A DNA stretch of 64,000 bases from Escherichia coli (GTDB lineage: Bacteria; Pseudomonadota; Gammaproteobacteria; Enterobacterales; Enterobacteriaceae), in the NCBI RefSeq assembly GCF_050320075.1, contig NZ_CP190021.1. One strand, written 5' to 3'. Position 1 is the first letter of the stretch; the number at the start of each line of letters is the position of its first letter. The position numbers and the translations under genes were made by a program. The notes below the pieces were generated by a model. That model ran no database searches and had not been told where the DNA came from. It saw only the letters and a program-made list of their open reading frames with translations. Below, in pieces: positions 8,317-17,966 of the stretch.

Positions 8317-9168
8317 GTGATGAATCAGACTTTACCCACTGCTGACCTGAATACTGCCGGCACGACAGATGTTATTCCGTCTGTGGCTATCGACCGCATC
8401 ATCGCGCAGCGTAACGAAGGTATTGCACTGTTCATGCAGGCGATGGAATGCCTGGCGACAGCGCGCAAGATTCTGCTCGATGCGTCAGGTGATATTTTTC
8501 TTTACGGGTTTGAAGACTGCGTGACTGATTCCGTTCGTCGCATAGATAAACCGGAAGAAGCGAAAAGGAATATCACCCGTCTTGCCGACCGGAAAATCTG
8601 GGACCGCCTGATGACAGATACGGGCATGTACACCTTCATGAGTTCATGCCAGCGTGATGAGTGGAACAGCCAGCTGATGAGCGACACCTGTCCTGAAATC
8701 ACCCTGGACAATGTACTGGCAACATTCCGCCATCTGAATGCCTGCAAGATGCAGACATTTGAACAGGGACTGATTGATGTCTACCGGAAATTGTCATGGG
8801 ATTACAGAACCAATAATCCCTGCCGTCTGGGTAAGAAAATCATTATTGAAAACCTGCTGTACCGCTGGAGTAACGGGCGTGTGACGCTGGACTGCAGCGG
8901 ACGGGAGGCACTGGATGACCTGGTACGTCCGTTTTATCTGCTGGAGGGGCGCAACGTTCCTGACTTCAGGAACAGTATCGGGGCGCAGTATGGTGAATTT
9001 CTCGGGAACGGCGACAATGTCGGTAAGCTGTTAGAAGGGGAATATTTTACGGTGCGTGGCTACCAGAAAGGGACCGTACACATTGTCTTTAAGCGTTCTG
9101 ACCTTGTTGAAAAACTGAATGATATTATTGCACGGCATTATCCAGGTGCATTGCCGCCACGAGTCTGA
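8317..9168 (+). CDS. hypothetical protein (283 aa), last + strand gene of the leading region before oriT
   Basis: ORF with AGGAGA RBS; adjacent GTG and ATG candidate starts at 8317 and 8320; no confidently recognised domain. Confidence 0.6.
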   Translation: MMNQTLPTADLNTAGTTDVIPSVAIDRIIAQRNEGIALFMQAMECLATARKILLDASGDIFLYGFEDCVTDSVRRIDKPEEAKRNITRLADRKIWDRLMTDTGMYTFMSSCQRDEWNSQLMSDTCPEITLDNVLATFRHLNACKMQTFEQGLIDVYRKLSWDYRTNNPCRLGKKIIIENLLYRWSNGRVTLDCSGREALDDLVRPFYLLEGRNVPDFRNSIGAQYGEFLGNGDNVGKLLEGEYFTVRGYQKGTVHIVFKRSDLVEKLNDIIARHYPGALPPRV

Positions 9169-9180
9169 TTAAACAGAAAA

Positions 9181-9210
9181 GCCCTGGTATTTATGCCGGG
9201 GCTTTTTTTT
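9181..9210 (+). terminator. Rho-independent terminator after ORF 8317
   Basis: Hairpin gccctgg-tatttat-gccggggc followed by T8. Confidence 0.7.
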
Positions 9211-9253
9211 CTGTAATCATCATAATCTCAGAACACGATGTGACATTGTCACA

Positions 9254-9595
9254 TCAATTGTTGTTCATATCGATGCCATCTTTCCTGCCTGAATCTGTCT
9301 TTTTAGGTGCTGTTTTAGAGGAAGAACGGCGGGATGGTTTTTTCGATTCTGCTTCCCGAATAATGTCACGAAGTGCCTTCTCTCCTACTTCATACCCTGC
9401 ATTTTTGAGCGTGTCACGAACATCTGCCAGTGTATAACCCTTTGTCCTTACCAGGACAATAATGTCATCACGAATGGCATCAAGAAAATCACGCAATGTT
9501 TTCCGTTGAGCGGTGAGATCTGGCAATTCCGATAAAGCAGCTTTTGCCAGCTGGATGTCATCATCTGAGTAAAATTTTTTAGAAGCCATTGGCAC
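9254..9595 (-). CDS. hypothetical protein with Lys/Arg/Ser-rich basic C-terminal tail (113 aa), possible DNA-binding protein, directly beside oriT
   Basis: ORF on the opposite strand to the other leading-region genes; basic tail ESKKPSRRSSSKTAPKKTDSGRK. Confidence 0.5.
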   Translation of the reverse strand: MPMASKKFYSDDDIQLAKAALSELPDLTAQRKTLRDFLDAIRDDIIVLVRTKGYTLADVRDTLKNAGYEVGEKALRDIIREAESKKPSRRSSSKTAPKKTDSGRKDGIDMNNN

Positions 9596-9647
9596 TTTCT
9601 CTCCGTTTCATGTTGAAGTCTGATTTTATCATCAAAAACTGACTCCT

Positions 9648-9776
9648 GGCAGGGCTGCGCCCTGCCTCTGCCGTCTGCATAAGACTATGATGCACAAAAA
9701 TAACAGGCTATAATGGCCTGAAAAACGGGACAGGATGTGCAATTGTATAACCGCGCACGCGCGATTATACAATTGC
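9648..9776. promoter_or_regulatory. oriT: origin of transfer (oriT) with predicted nick site on the - strand
   Basis: Inverted repeat ggcagggc-tgc-gccctgcc (9648-9666); 12-bp inverted-repeat arms gcaattgtataa/ttatacaattgc (9739-9776); minus-strand core CATCCTG/TCCCG resembling IncP/IncI nick regions, placing the nick near 9730/9731. Confidence 0.7.
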
Positions 9777-9821
9777 CTCCTGGTCAGGGCTTCGCCCCGA
9801 CACCCCAGTAAGGAGCTGACC

Positions 9822-10154
9822 GTGAGTGATAAACGTCAAAGAAGTGGTAGTGAAAGACGGCAAAAGACGATCCTGAGAGCGGTCCGGTTCTCACCGGATG
9901 AGGATGAAACTATCTGTAAGAATGCTGAAGATTCCGGACTTACTGTATCTGCTTACATCCGAAATGCAGCACTGAATAAGCGAATTAACTCCCGTACAGA
10001 TGATGCTTTTCTGAAGGAGTTAATGAGACTGGGAAGGATGCAGAAGCATCTGTTTGTTCAGGGAAAAAGAACCGGTGACAAGGAATACGCAGAAGTGCTT
10101 GTTGCCATAACCGAACTTACAAATACATTGCGTAAACAGTTAATGGAAGGTTGA
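9822..10154 (+). CDS. nikA: relaxosome accessory protein NikA (ribbon-helix-helix, 110 aa)
   Basis: GTG start after AAGGAG RBS, next to oriT and upstream of the relaxase; expected size. Confidence 0.8.
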   Translation: MSDKRQRSGSERRQKTILRAVRFSPDEDETICKNAEDSGLTVSAYIRNAALNKRINSRTDDAFLKELMRLGRMQKHLFVQGKRTGDKEYAEVLVAITELTNTLRKQLMEG

Positions 10155-10164
10155 GGATTCTCCG

Positions 10165-12864
10165 GTGAATGCAGTCATTCCGAAAAAGAGAAGGGACGGC
10201 AAGTCTTCGTTCGAAGACCTGGTATCCTACGTCTCTGTCCGGGATGACATGACCGATGAGGAACTGGATTTATCTTCTTCTTCGCAGGCTGAACAACCGC
10301 ACCGAAGCCGTTTCAGTCGCCTTGTTGATTATGCGACACGTCTTCGAAATGAGTCATTCGTGGCGCTGGTTGATGTCATGAAGGACGGCTGCGAATGGGT
10401 CAACTTTTATGGTGTCACCTGCTTTCATAACTGTACTTCTCTTGAAACTGCCGCTGCAGATATGGAGTACATTGCCCGGCAGGCACACTATGCAAAAGAT
10501 GACACTGACCCTGTTTTTCACTACATCCTTTCCTGGCAGTCACATGAAAGCCCGCGTCCGGAACAGATTTATGACAGTGTACGTCATACGCTGAAATCAC
10601 TCGGCCTTGCCGACCATCAGTATGTCTCTGCCGTGCATACTGATACAGATAATCTGCACGTCCATGTGGCTGTTAACCGGGTACACCCTGAAACGGGTTA
10701 TCTGAACCGGTTATCATGGAGTCAGGAAAAACTCAGTCGTGCCTGCCGTGAGCTTGAACTGAAGCATGGTTTTGCTCCGGATAACGGTTGCTGGGTCCAT
10801 GCGCCGGGAAATCGTATCGTTCGCAAAACTGCCGTTGAACGTGATCGCCAGAACGCCTGGACACGCGGAAAAAAACAAACTTTTCGTGAGTATGTTGCGC
10901 AGACAGCGGTCGCTGGTTTACGCAGTGAACCTGTACATGACTGGTTATCCCTGCATCGTCGTCTTGCGGAAGATGGTCTGTACCTGTCTCAGATGGACGG
11001 AAAATTTCTGGTGATGGATGGCTGGGATCGCAACAGGGAAGGTGTACAGCTTGACTCGTTTGGTCCCTCCTGGTGTGCAGAAAAACTCATGAAAAAAATG
11101 GGTGACTACACGCCAGTGCCAAAAGACATTTTCAGCCAGGTGGAAGCACCAGGACGCTATAATCCGGACTTCATTGCAGCTGATGTTCGCCCGGAAAAAA
11201 TCGCTGAAACAGAAAGTCTGCAGCAGTATGCCTGTCGTCATCTTGGAGAACGTCTGCCGGAAATGGCACGGGAAGGACGGCTGGAAAACTGCCTGGCTAT
11301 TCACCGCACACTGGCTGAAGCGGGATTATGGATGCGTGTTCAGCATGGTCACCTGGTTATCTGTGACGGTTATGATCATAACCAGACTCCCGTTCGTGCT
11401 GACAGCGTATGGTCACTGCTGACGCTCGACAATGTGAATCAACTCGATGGTGGCTGGCAGCCTGTACCAACAGATATTTTCCGCCAGGTTACGCCAACAG
11501 AACGCTTCCGTGGTCGTCGTATGGAGAGCTGTCCTGCGACCGATAAAGAATGGCACCGTATGCGTACAGGTACGGGGCCGCAGGGGGCTATCAAACGCGA
11601 ACTGTTTTCTGACAAAGAAAGTCTGTGGGGATACAGCATCAGCCATTGTAGCCCTCAGATTGAAGAAATGATCACACAGGGTGAGTTTACCTGGCAGCGT
11701 TGTCATGAGTTGTTTGCACAACAGGGACTGATGCTACAGAAACAACATCACGGGCTTGTTGTCGTTGATGCTTTTAATCATGAGCAAACGCCGGTGAAAG
11801 CCAGCAGCATTCATCCTGATCTGACACTGGGGCGTGCGGAGCCACAGGCCGGACCTTTTGTGAGTGCTCCAGCAGATTTGTTTGACAGGGTGCAACCTGA
11901 AAATCGCTATAACCCGGAGCTGGCTGTCAGTGACAGGTACGGGGTCAGCAGTAAACGTGACCCAATGCTGCGCCGGCAGCGACGTGAAGCCAGGGCTGAG
12001 GCCCGTGCTGACCTGCGTGCCCGCTATCTGGCATGGCGTGAACAATGGCGTAAACCGGATCTGCGTTATGGGGAACGTTGTCGGGAAATTCATCAGGCAT
12101 GCCGTCTGCGGAAGTCACACATTCGTGCGCAGTACGATGATCCGGCATTACGTAAGCTGCATTATCACATTGCAGAAGTTCAGCGAATGCAGGCATTGAT
12201 CAGGCTGAAAGAAGACATCAGGGATGAGCGACAGAAACTTATTGCTGACGGGAAATGGTATCCACCCTCTTACCGTCAGTGGGTCGAAATTCAGGCTGCT
12301 CAGGGAGACAGGGCTGCTGTATCGCAGTTGAGAGGCTGGGATTATCGCGATCGCCGTAAAGACAAGTCACGCACAACGACGACAGACCGCTGTGTCGTGC
12401 TTTGTGAACCGGGCGGAACGCCGGTATACGGTAATACCGGTGATCTCGAGGCCCGTCTGCAGAAGAACGGGAGTGTTCGTTTCCGTGACCGTCGGACGGG
12501 AGAGTTTGTCTGTACGGATTATGGTGACAGAGTTGTTTTCCGTAATCACCATGACCGCAATGCGCTGGCAGATAAACTGGATTTGATTGCACCGGTATTA
12601 TTCGGGCGTGATCCACGCATGGGGTTTGAACCAGAAGGAAACGACAAACAATTTAACCAGGTCTTTGCTGAAATGGTTGCCTGGCATAATGTGACAGGCC
12701 GTACCGGTCACGAAGACTACAGGATTACGCGACCGGACGTGGATCATCACCGTGAAGGAAGTGAACGCTACTACCGCGATTATATCGCGGCGAACAGCAA
12801 CGATGACGCATCACTGCCTCCGCCGGAGCAGGATAAACGCTGGGAACCGCCTTCTCCAGGTTAA
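10165..12864 (+). CDS. nikB: conjugative relaxase NikB (899 aa)
   Basis: Relaxase histidine triad HTDTDNLHVHVAVN; size and position match the IncI1 relaxase. Confidence 0.9.
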   Translation: MNAVIPKKRRDGKSSFEDLVSYVSVRDDMTDEELDLSSSSQAEQPHRSRFSRLVDYATRLRNESFVALVDVMKDGCEWVNFYGVTCFHNCTSLETAAADMEYIARQAHYAKDDTDPVFHYILSWQSHESPRPEQIYDSVRHTLKSLGLADHQYVSAVHTDTDNLHVHVAVNRVHPETGYLNRLSWSQEKLSRACRELELKHGFAPDNGCWVHAPGNRIVRKTAVERDRQNAWTRGKKQTFREYVAQTAVAGLRSEPVHDWLSLHRRLAEDGLYLSQMDGKFLVMDGWDRNREGVQLDSFGPSWCAEKLMKKMGDYTPVPKDIFSQVEAPGRYNPDFIAADVRPEKIAETESLQQYACRHLGERLPEMAREGRLENCLAIHRTLAEAGLWMRVQHGHLVICDGYDHNQTPVRADSVWSLLTLDNVNQLDGGWQPVPTDIFRQVTPTERFRGRRMESCPATDKEWHRMRTGTGPQGAIKRELFSDKESLWGYSISHCSPQIEEMITQGEFTWQRCHELFAQQGLMLQKQHHGLVVVDAFNHEQTPVKASSIHPDLTLGRAEPQAGPFVSAPADLFDRVQPENRYNPELAVSDRYGVSSKRDPMLRRQRREARAEARADLRARYLAWREQWRKPDLRYGERCREIHQACRLRKSHIRAQYDDPALRKLHYHIAEVQRMQALIRLKEDIRDERQKLIADGKWYPPSYRQWVEIQAAQGDRAAVSQLRGWDYRDRRKDKSRTTTTDRCVVLCEPGGTPVYGNTGDLEARLQKNGSVRFRDRRTGEFVCTDYGDRVVFRNHHDRNALADKLDLIAPVLFGRDPRMGFEPEGNDKQFNQVFAEMVAWHNVTGRTGHEDYRITRPDVDHHREGSERYYRDYIAANSNDDASLPPPEQDKRWEPPSPG

Positions 12865-12870
12865 AAAAAA

Positions 12871-12895
12871 GGCCGCGCCAGAATCCGGCGCGGCC
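12871..12895 (-). terminator. terminator hairpin between convergent nikB and trbC
   Basis: GC-rich hairpin ggccgcgcc-agaatc-cggcgcggcc preceded on the + strand by an A8 run (a T-run on the - strand). Confidence 0.65.
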
Positions 12896-12900
12896 ACTGT

Positions 12901-15192
12901 TCAGTACATTCCGTCCCAGTCCGGACGGTTGGTTTTTTTATGATGAAACCCGTTTACAGGACGCCCTGTCGGGTGGTTATTGTCCTGTGGAAGCGTTAAC
13001 AGGTTTATACCTGCTCTTTCTGCTCTCACTGATATCTGATTTTCCTCTTTTGTTTCAGGTAGTTCTGGTCTGTTCAGCGTGATATAGCGAATTCGTCGCT
13101 CTTCCCGTGTGGTCGTTTTAAGCGTATTCACCGCTGTTTCCCACAAGGCACTTTCACGTGCGTTGATATCTGTGTCGTACTCTTCCAGCATTGCCATAGC
13201 CGCCTGACGTCCTGCAATGCGTTGCTGAAATGTATCCACGATCGTGTGCGGCTCTGTGCGAATTTTTCGTCTTTTTCTGGAGGGTTTTGCAGTCAGGACG
13301 CCAATGATGGCACTGACATTTTCCGGTGACGGTATTCGACGTTGAGTAGTACGGGGAACAAGACGGCGGAGACGGTCCAGGCGTGGCGCATCCACGCTGA
13401 TATACCTGTTTATAACAACGGGATCGCTGCTGCAGCTTTTCTCATCGTCAGGGATGAAGAATGATGCTGATGGTACGGTTTCTCCCCGGAAAATAGAAAA
13501 GAACTCGCCAGGATGAAGTTCAATCAACTCCTGAACATTTATCTTGCTTTCCATCAGGATGCTGATTTGTGGGCTGTCAATCCATGATTCACCAAATATG
13601 CCGTCCTGACGCTGCAGGTTGTTCATTCTCGCCCTGGCTTCTTCACCGGCGGCGCTTTTCAGCGTTCTGGCCGTACTACCCTCGCTGACAATCCTGCCGG
13701 CAAATTTTGTCCCCGTGTTCTGCATCAGTGTTGCAGTATTCGTGGCTGTTGTCTGTCCTTCTATACGTTCCTGGTCCTGTGCCATCAAAATCAGAGCAAA
13801 ATCCAGTGAACGCACCTGAGTGGCTTCCACAGCAATACGGTCCGTATAGTATGCCCCTACTTCATCAAGGAAACACAGATAAGGGAAACGCCCCTTATAT
13901 TTTTTGACTTCCAGTGCATCGGAATCAGTTCCTTCGAGGCGGTAGCCCAAATCACGGGCGAGAATCATACTTTTCTGGGTGATAAACATTCGTCCAAGAG
14001 CAGACGTTGTATGCGCTGATGTATCCAGAGCGGGGATCATTACCATCAGAATCCTGTCGCTGTGAATGCTGTCACGGATATCGATATCACCGGAATCTTC
14101 AGCAAAAATATCCCCGAATGCTTCCGTGAATGTGCTGAAAGTTTCAGAAAACTGCCCGGAGAGATAAGCATGTTGTTTTCTGGGTTCTTCCGTCCAGGCT
14201 GATGGTGTCCTGACCAGCGACAGGTCGAAACCGGGAACGTCCTGAAGGTAGTTACGTAACGGTGCGATAGCTTCTTCCGGCCACTGATCATCGAGGCCAC
14301 GACAGTAAAGTTTGGCCATCCCTTCGAGAGTCATATGTTCACGGAGCATCTGCAGCGACATTGTTTTGCCTTCGCGCACACACCAGAATTTAGTACCAAA
14401 TACCAGTGCCTTATTCATGGCAATGGCCCGGGACTGCCACTCGCCCCCCTGGACGTTCTGGGGCAGCATTGACTGCATTGTCTCCGCTGTGAATGCCTCG
14501 GTGCTGTAACAGAAGGGATTCCAGGTATTTGACTGAGGACGCGTTTTTTCACCACTCAGAATGATTTCACTGCGGGATTTTCCTCCGTTCATGAAGTTAA
14601 TGACTTCCACATCGTCTTCACGTCCAAAGCGTCTGGCCAGATACCAGATCGTTCTTGCCGTATCATTCTGTGCCTTGCCATCGACAAGGGTGAATCCTCT
14701 TGCCCAGCAAAGTGGGTTAATCGCCCAGGCAAAGATGGTTTCCGTTTTACCGCCACCGGTGGTGGCGAAAAACATTATATGGCGGGTCAGATCGTCCATA
14801 CTCAGCCATAACTCCCTGCCAATATCCCTGACGCGTTGATAACCAACATAGAATATGCCGCTGGCCGGTGATTCCAGAATGACCTCATACTGGAACAGGG
14901 TTGGCCAGAAGCTGAAAAGACTTCTTTTAATCATTCTGTCCTGTGACGGGTCAGCACATTCCAGCGTCATGGGCATACGAAGAGGGCAGCGCCATCGCTG
15001 CAGACTAAATACCAGCATTGTTATCAGTGTGAACAACAGACATGCCGGTAATGCAAGTGGCCAGATAAAACTGGCCACAAGACTTGCCACCAGGCAAAAG
15101 CCATAGATATTGAGACTCTGGAGTGCATTCCAGACAGGATTTCCCCAGGCTGTACGATGTAAAAGCTCGGGGTTAACGCGATGTTCACTCAT
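12901..15192 (-). CDS. trbC: TrbC, coupling-protein-like ATPase (DotL/IcmO-like, 763 aa)
   Basis: Walker A FFATTGGGKTE; N-terminal transmembrane segments; size matches IncI1 TrbC. Confidence 0.85.
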   Translation of the reverse strand: MSEHRVNPELLHRTAWGNPVWNALQSLNIYGFCLVASLVASFIWPLALPACLLFTLITMLVFSLQRWRCPLRMPMTLECADPSQDRMIKRSLFSFWPTLFQYEVILESPASGIFYVGYQRVRDIGRELWLSMDDLTRHIMFFATTGGGKTETIFAWAINPLCWARGFTLVDGKAQNDTARTIWYLARRFGREDDVEVINFMNGGKSRSEIILSGEKTRPQSNTWNPFCYSTEAFTAETMQSMLPQNVQGGEWQSRAIAMNKALVFGTKFWCVREGKTMSLQMLREHMTLEGMAKLYCRGLDDQWPEEAIAPLRNYLQDVPGFDLSLVRTPSAWTEEPRKQHAYLSGQFSETFSTFTEAFGDIFAEDSGDIDIRDSIHSDRILMVMIPALDTSAHTTSALGRMFITQKSMILARDLGYRLEGTDSDALEVKKYKGRFPYLCFLDEVGAYYTDRIAVEATQVRSLDFALILMAQDQERIEGQTTATNTATLMQNTGTKFAGRIVSEGSTARTLKSAAGEEARARMNNLQRQDGIFGESWIDSPQISILMESKINVQELIELHPGEFFSIFRGETVPSASFFIPDDEKSCSSDPVVINRYISVDAPRLDRLRRLVPRTTQRRIPSPENVSAIIGVLTAKPSRKRRKIRTEPHTIVDTFQQRIAGRQAAMAMLEEYDTDINARESALWETAVNTLKTTTREERRIRYITLNRPELPETKEENQISVRAERAGINLLTLPQDNNHPTGRPVNGFHHKKTNRPDWDGMY

Positions 15193-16255
15193 GGCCAGAC
15201 TCGCTGTCGGTGGTTTTCAGGAATAAATTAAGCGTGCCAGTTTCCTGCAGAATTCCTGTAGGCAGATGCCAGCCGGTGTCGGACAGCACCCATGGGGTAC
15301 CGGCAAATCCGAACTTACGGAAGGCGACATTGTTAACATCAATCGCAGCTCTGGCTGCTTTCAGGCATGTTTCATCTGCAGGCGTTGTTTCTTCTGATGG
15401 CGTCATCATTCCGTTATCTGCGGAATACAGTCGGTGCCAGCCGGCAGCACGTTTCTGAGCATCTTTTTCACACAGCAGTGGTGCCACACGGTCGGTGGAT
15501 TCCTCTCCACCAATAACTGAAACCGGGTAGATAACGACATTGAAGTCGCTGGCCAGGCGTTTTAAGGCCGGCTCCAGAAGTCTGCAGTTAGGACAGGCAG
15601 GATCGAGAAATGCGAACAGGGTTCGTTCATGACCGGATGACAGGTTGATGGTAAACATGCCCCGATCGGCGTTCCGCTTCAGAACAGTAGCCAGATTATG
15701 TCGCGCAGCTGCGGCTTCCGGATTTTTGCTTGTGATTGTTTTCTCCGGTACCTGGACGTCTTTTTTCGGGGGAACCGGGAGTTGAATGCCTTCATTTAAT
15801 GGCACAGTGTGATTCAGGTGAGGGGGAAGCAGTCGTGGCTCACCTGCTGTCTGTACTGCTTCAGGCGTTGTATCATCCCAGAATACACGATCAACATAGC
15901 GGAACAGAGAGAAGCCAATCGTTGCCATTACGAACAGCACAACGCTGGCGATTATGCCACGGAACAAAGGTGTTCTGCTGAAGCGGCGTTCCATCAGATA
16001 TTCAAGGCGCAGGCAGGAATCAATAGCTGTAAGTATCTGGTCAGCGTTATGCTCCTGTTTATCAATCAGGACGGTTTCTCTGTTACGGGTGCCCATGGCG
16101 TCAAAGGCTATATGAATCAGTTGATTATTTCGTGTTACCAGCCCTGACAGGGCATCCCGTGGAAGGACGGCAATAATTTCTGTCCTGCCATCCGGCCAGA
16201 TTGCCTGCACGGAAATATGTTTTGCAATACGTGTTGCAAAGTACTCGATTGTCAT
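15185..16255 (-). CDS. trbB: TrbB, periplasmic thiol-disulfide oxidoreductase-like protein
   Basis: CPNC thioredoxin-type motif; position between trbC and trbA. Confidence 0.75.
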   Translation of the reverse strand: MTIEYFATRIAKHISVQAIWPDGRTEIIAVLPRDALSGLVTRNNQLIHIAFDAMGTRNRETVLIDKQEHNADQILTAIDSCLRLEYLMERRFSRTPLFRGIIASVVLFVMATIGFSLFRYVDRVFWDDTTPEAVQTAGEPRLLPPHLNHTVPLNEGIQLPVPPKKDVQVPEKTITSKNPEAAAARHNLATVLKRNADRGMFTINLSSGHERTLFAFLDPACPNCRLLEPALKRLASDFNVVIYPVSVIGGEESTDRVAPLLCEKDAQKRAAGWHRLYSADNGMMTPSEETTPADETCLKAARAAIDVNNVAFRKFGFAGTPWVLSDTGWHLPTGILQETGTLNLFLKTTDSESGHE

Positions 16256-16273
16256 TTTCAGTTCTCCGGATAA

Positions 16274-17482
16274 TCAGAATTCGTTGTCTGTAGCAGGTGT
16301 GCGGGGCAGGATGTCGTCGGTGAGGGACCAGTTGGTCAGGATGCGGCGTTTCCGGTCGCGATCTGGTTGTGGTTCATCCCAGATAAGACCGAGACTGAGC
16401 ATATCCCGCCGTAAGCCTTCCACCGCTTCATCAACACAGGGTTCAGGGCAGGGAAGGCCAAAACGCATGGCTTCGGCCTCTGCACGTGCAACGGCCACCA
16501 CGCCAGCGCCTTCAATAAATCCTTTCGTGGTATTGGCGCGGTGTAATGCATAAAACAGCGTCCTGTCCACGCCTTTCAGCCAAATCCAGTTGGGTGGCGT
16601 AAGCCGCAGGTCATGTGCATACAGCCAGACCAGCCCACTGCGGACGTAGCGATGTTGTTTCAGCCATTGCTGTGCTCCGTTGCTTTTAATCACTCTCTGG
16701 AAAGCTGATTTGGCCAGTGAATAAACAGGGGTACAGAATTTCCCACTGTCCCGTTTGCTTTTAATTCTGCATGAGAGGTTCAGTGTATCCATGAGCTTTA
16801 ATGCTGCCTTACGATCATCCAGGAAATACTGAAGACCAAATATGGCAAAGAGCGCTTTTTCATGTGGTGCCATGTCTTTCCAGGACGTTAAAGGTTTACC
16901 CAACTGGGCCATGAAACATCGTCTTGCAGCTGCAACATCGAGCTGCATATTGGTGATGAGAGTATGCTGCTCGACAAATGCTTCCGGGGTGAGAGCAACC
17001 CGCCGTTCAGGTCGTTTGCCACCATGAAAGAGTTTTTCCGGATCACCATCTGCCAGTACAGGGGCGATAGCAGGGGACAACGAAGCAAAGATGTATGGCA
17101 GGCGGGTAATATCTACTGGTCTGCGGGTGAAACGACTTTGTCCCGGATGTTGATACCACTCCCACAAACACCAGAGTGTCACAGGTAAGAGGTACATCCA
17201 CAGAATACCTATGGTCTGCTCCATGACGTTAACCCACTGGCTATAGCTTATGTTGGCGGCGTTGTTACCGGTCATGGCAAGCAGGTTGTATCGTGGTGCT
17301 GCATAGTTATGAAATGGTCCCCAGTCAACCAGTCCCCATAAGGTATGAAGAATCAGGCAGCTGGCGTAAACCACTTCCGGCAAGAATAACCATATAACGA
17401 ATAGCAGCAGGATAAGAAGGACACCAACAGCGCCCCATATCTGCATAGGATCTTCTGCGACAGGCTGTCGATTGTAAGACAT
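16274..17482 (-). CDS. trbA: TrbA inner-membrane protein (DotM/IcmP-like)
   Basis: 402 aa with N-terminal transmembrane helices; synteny. Confidence 0.75.
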   Translation of the reverse strand: MSYNRQPVAEDPMQIWGAVGVLLILLLFVIWLFLPEVVYASCLILHTLWGLVDWGPFHNYAAPRYNLLAMTGNNAANISYSQWVNVMEQTIGILWMYLLPVTLWCLWEWYQHPGQSRFTRRPVDITRLPYIFASLSPAIAPVLADGDPEKLFHGGKRPERRVALTPEAFVEQHTLITNMQLDVAAARRCFMAQLGKPLTSWKDMAPHEKALFAIFGLQYFLDDRKAALKLMDTLNLSCRIKSKRDSGKFCTPVYSLAKSAFQRVIKSNGAQQWLKQHRYVRSGLVWLYAHDLRLTPPNWIWLKGVDRTLFYALHRANTTKGFIEGAGVVAVARAEAEAMRFGLPCPEPCVDEAVEGLRRDMLSLGLIWDEPQPDRDRKRRILTNWSLTDDILPRTPATDNEF

Positions 17483-17770
17483 GACAAAGTCTCCATTTCT
17501 GGAATTTAAATCAAACGGAAAGGTTAAAAATTTATTTGCAGGCGATAAGAGCTAACCAGAGGAATTAGCCGTGTGATAAAAGGATTGTTGCAGATACGAA
17601 AGTCGTTAGAATAGCTGCGGGCGCTTGAGGCTGTATGCCGAAAGCGTTTTGTGGACGGTATACAGCAGAAAGCCCCTGGAGATTTTTTTATCAATCAACC
17701 AAGGGCTCTACTGTAATGCCTAGACAACATTATAGTAGCCCGATAACCGCCGTAAGGCAATGGAGGGGCT

Positions 17771-17926
17771 ATGATGCCACAGCGAACGTTTTTAATGATG
17801 TTAATCGTCATCTGTGTGACGATTCTGTGTTTTGTCTGGATGGTGAGGGATTCGCTTTGCGGACTCCGGCTCCAGCAGGGAAACACAGTGCTTGTGGCAA
17901 CGTTAGCCTACGAAGTTAAACGTTAA
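17771..17926 (+). CDS. pndA: Hok-family type I toxin PndA (51 aa), absent from the ORF track because it is under 60 aa
   Basis: Translation MMPQRTFLMMLIVICVTILCFVWMVRDSLCGLRLQQGNTVLVATLAYEVKR has the Hok/PndA architecture (transmembrane helix plus conserved Cys); GGAGG RBS; an overlapping upstream frame (17635-17919) fits a mok/pndC-like reading frame. Confidence 0.85.
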   Translation: MMPQRTFLMMLIVICVTILCFVWMVRDSLCGLRLQQGNTVLVATLAYEVKR

Positions 17927-17938
17927 CGGGCAACACGG

Positions 17939-17966
17939 CGGCAGGTTTTCTGCCGCCGCTTTGTTG
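17939..17966 (+). terminator. hairpin at the 3' end of the pnd transcript
   Basis: cggcggcag-gttttc-tgccgccg hairpin followed by cttt. Confidence 0.5.

Noticed and set aside
9735-9821. N-terminal extension of nikA through the oriT inverted repeat
   Set aside because: It would translate the palindromic oriT core; the RBS and a start giving the expected 110 aa are at 9822.
13619-13907. Numerous 60-140 aa ORFs antisense to or nested within large tra, pil, sog and nikB genes throughout the window
   Set aside because: They overlap long, motif-bearing genes on the opposite strand or in other frames and lack RBS or conservation cues; treated as spurious.
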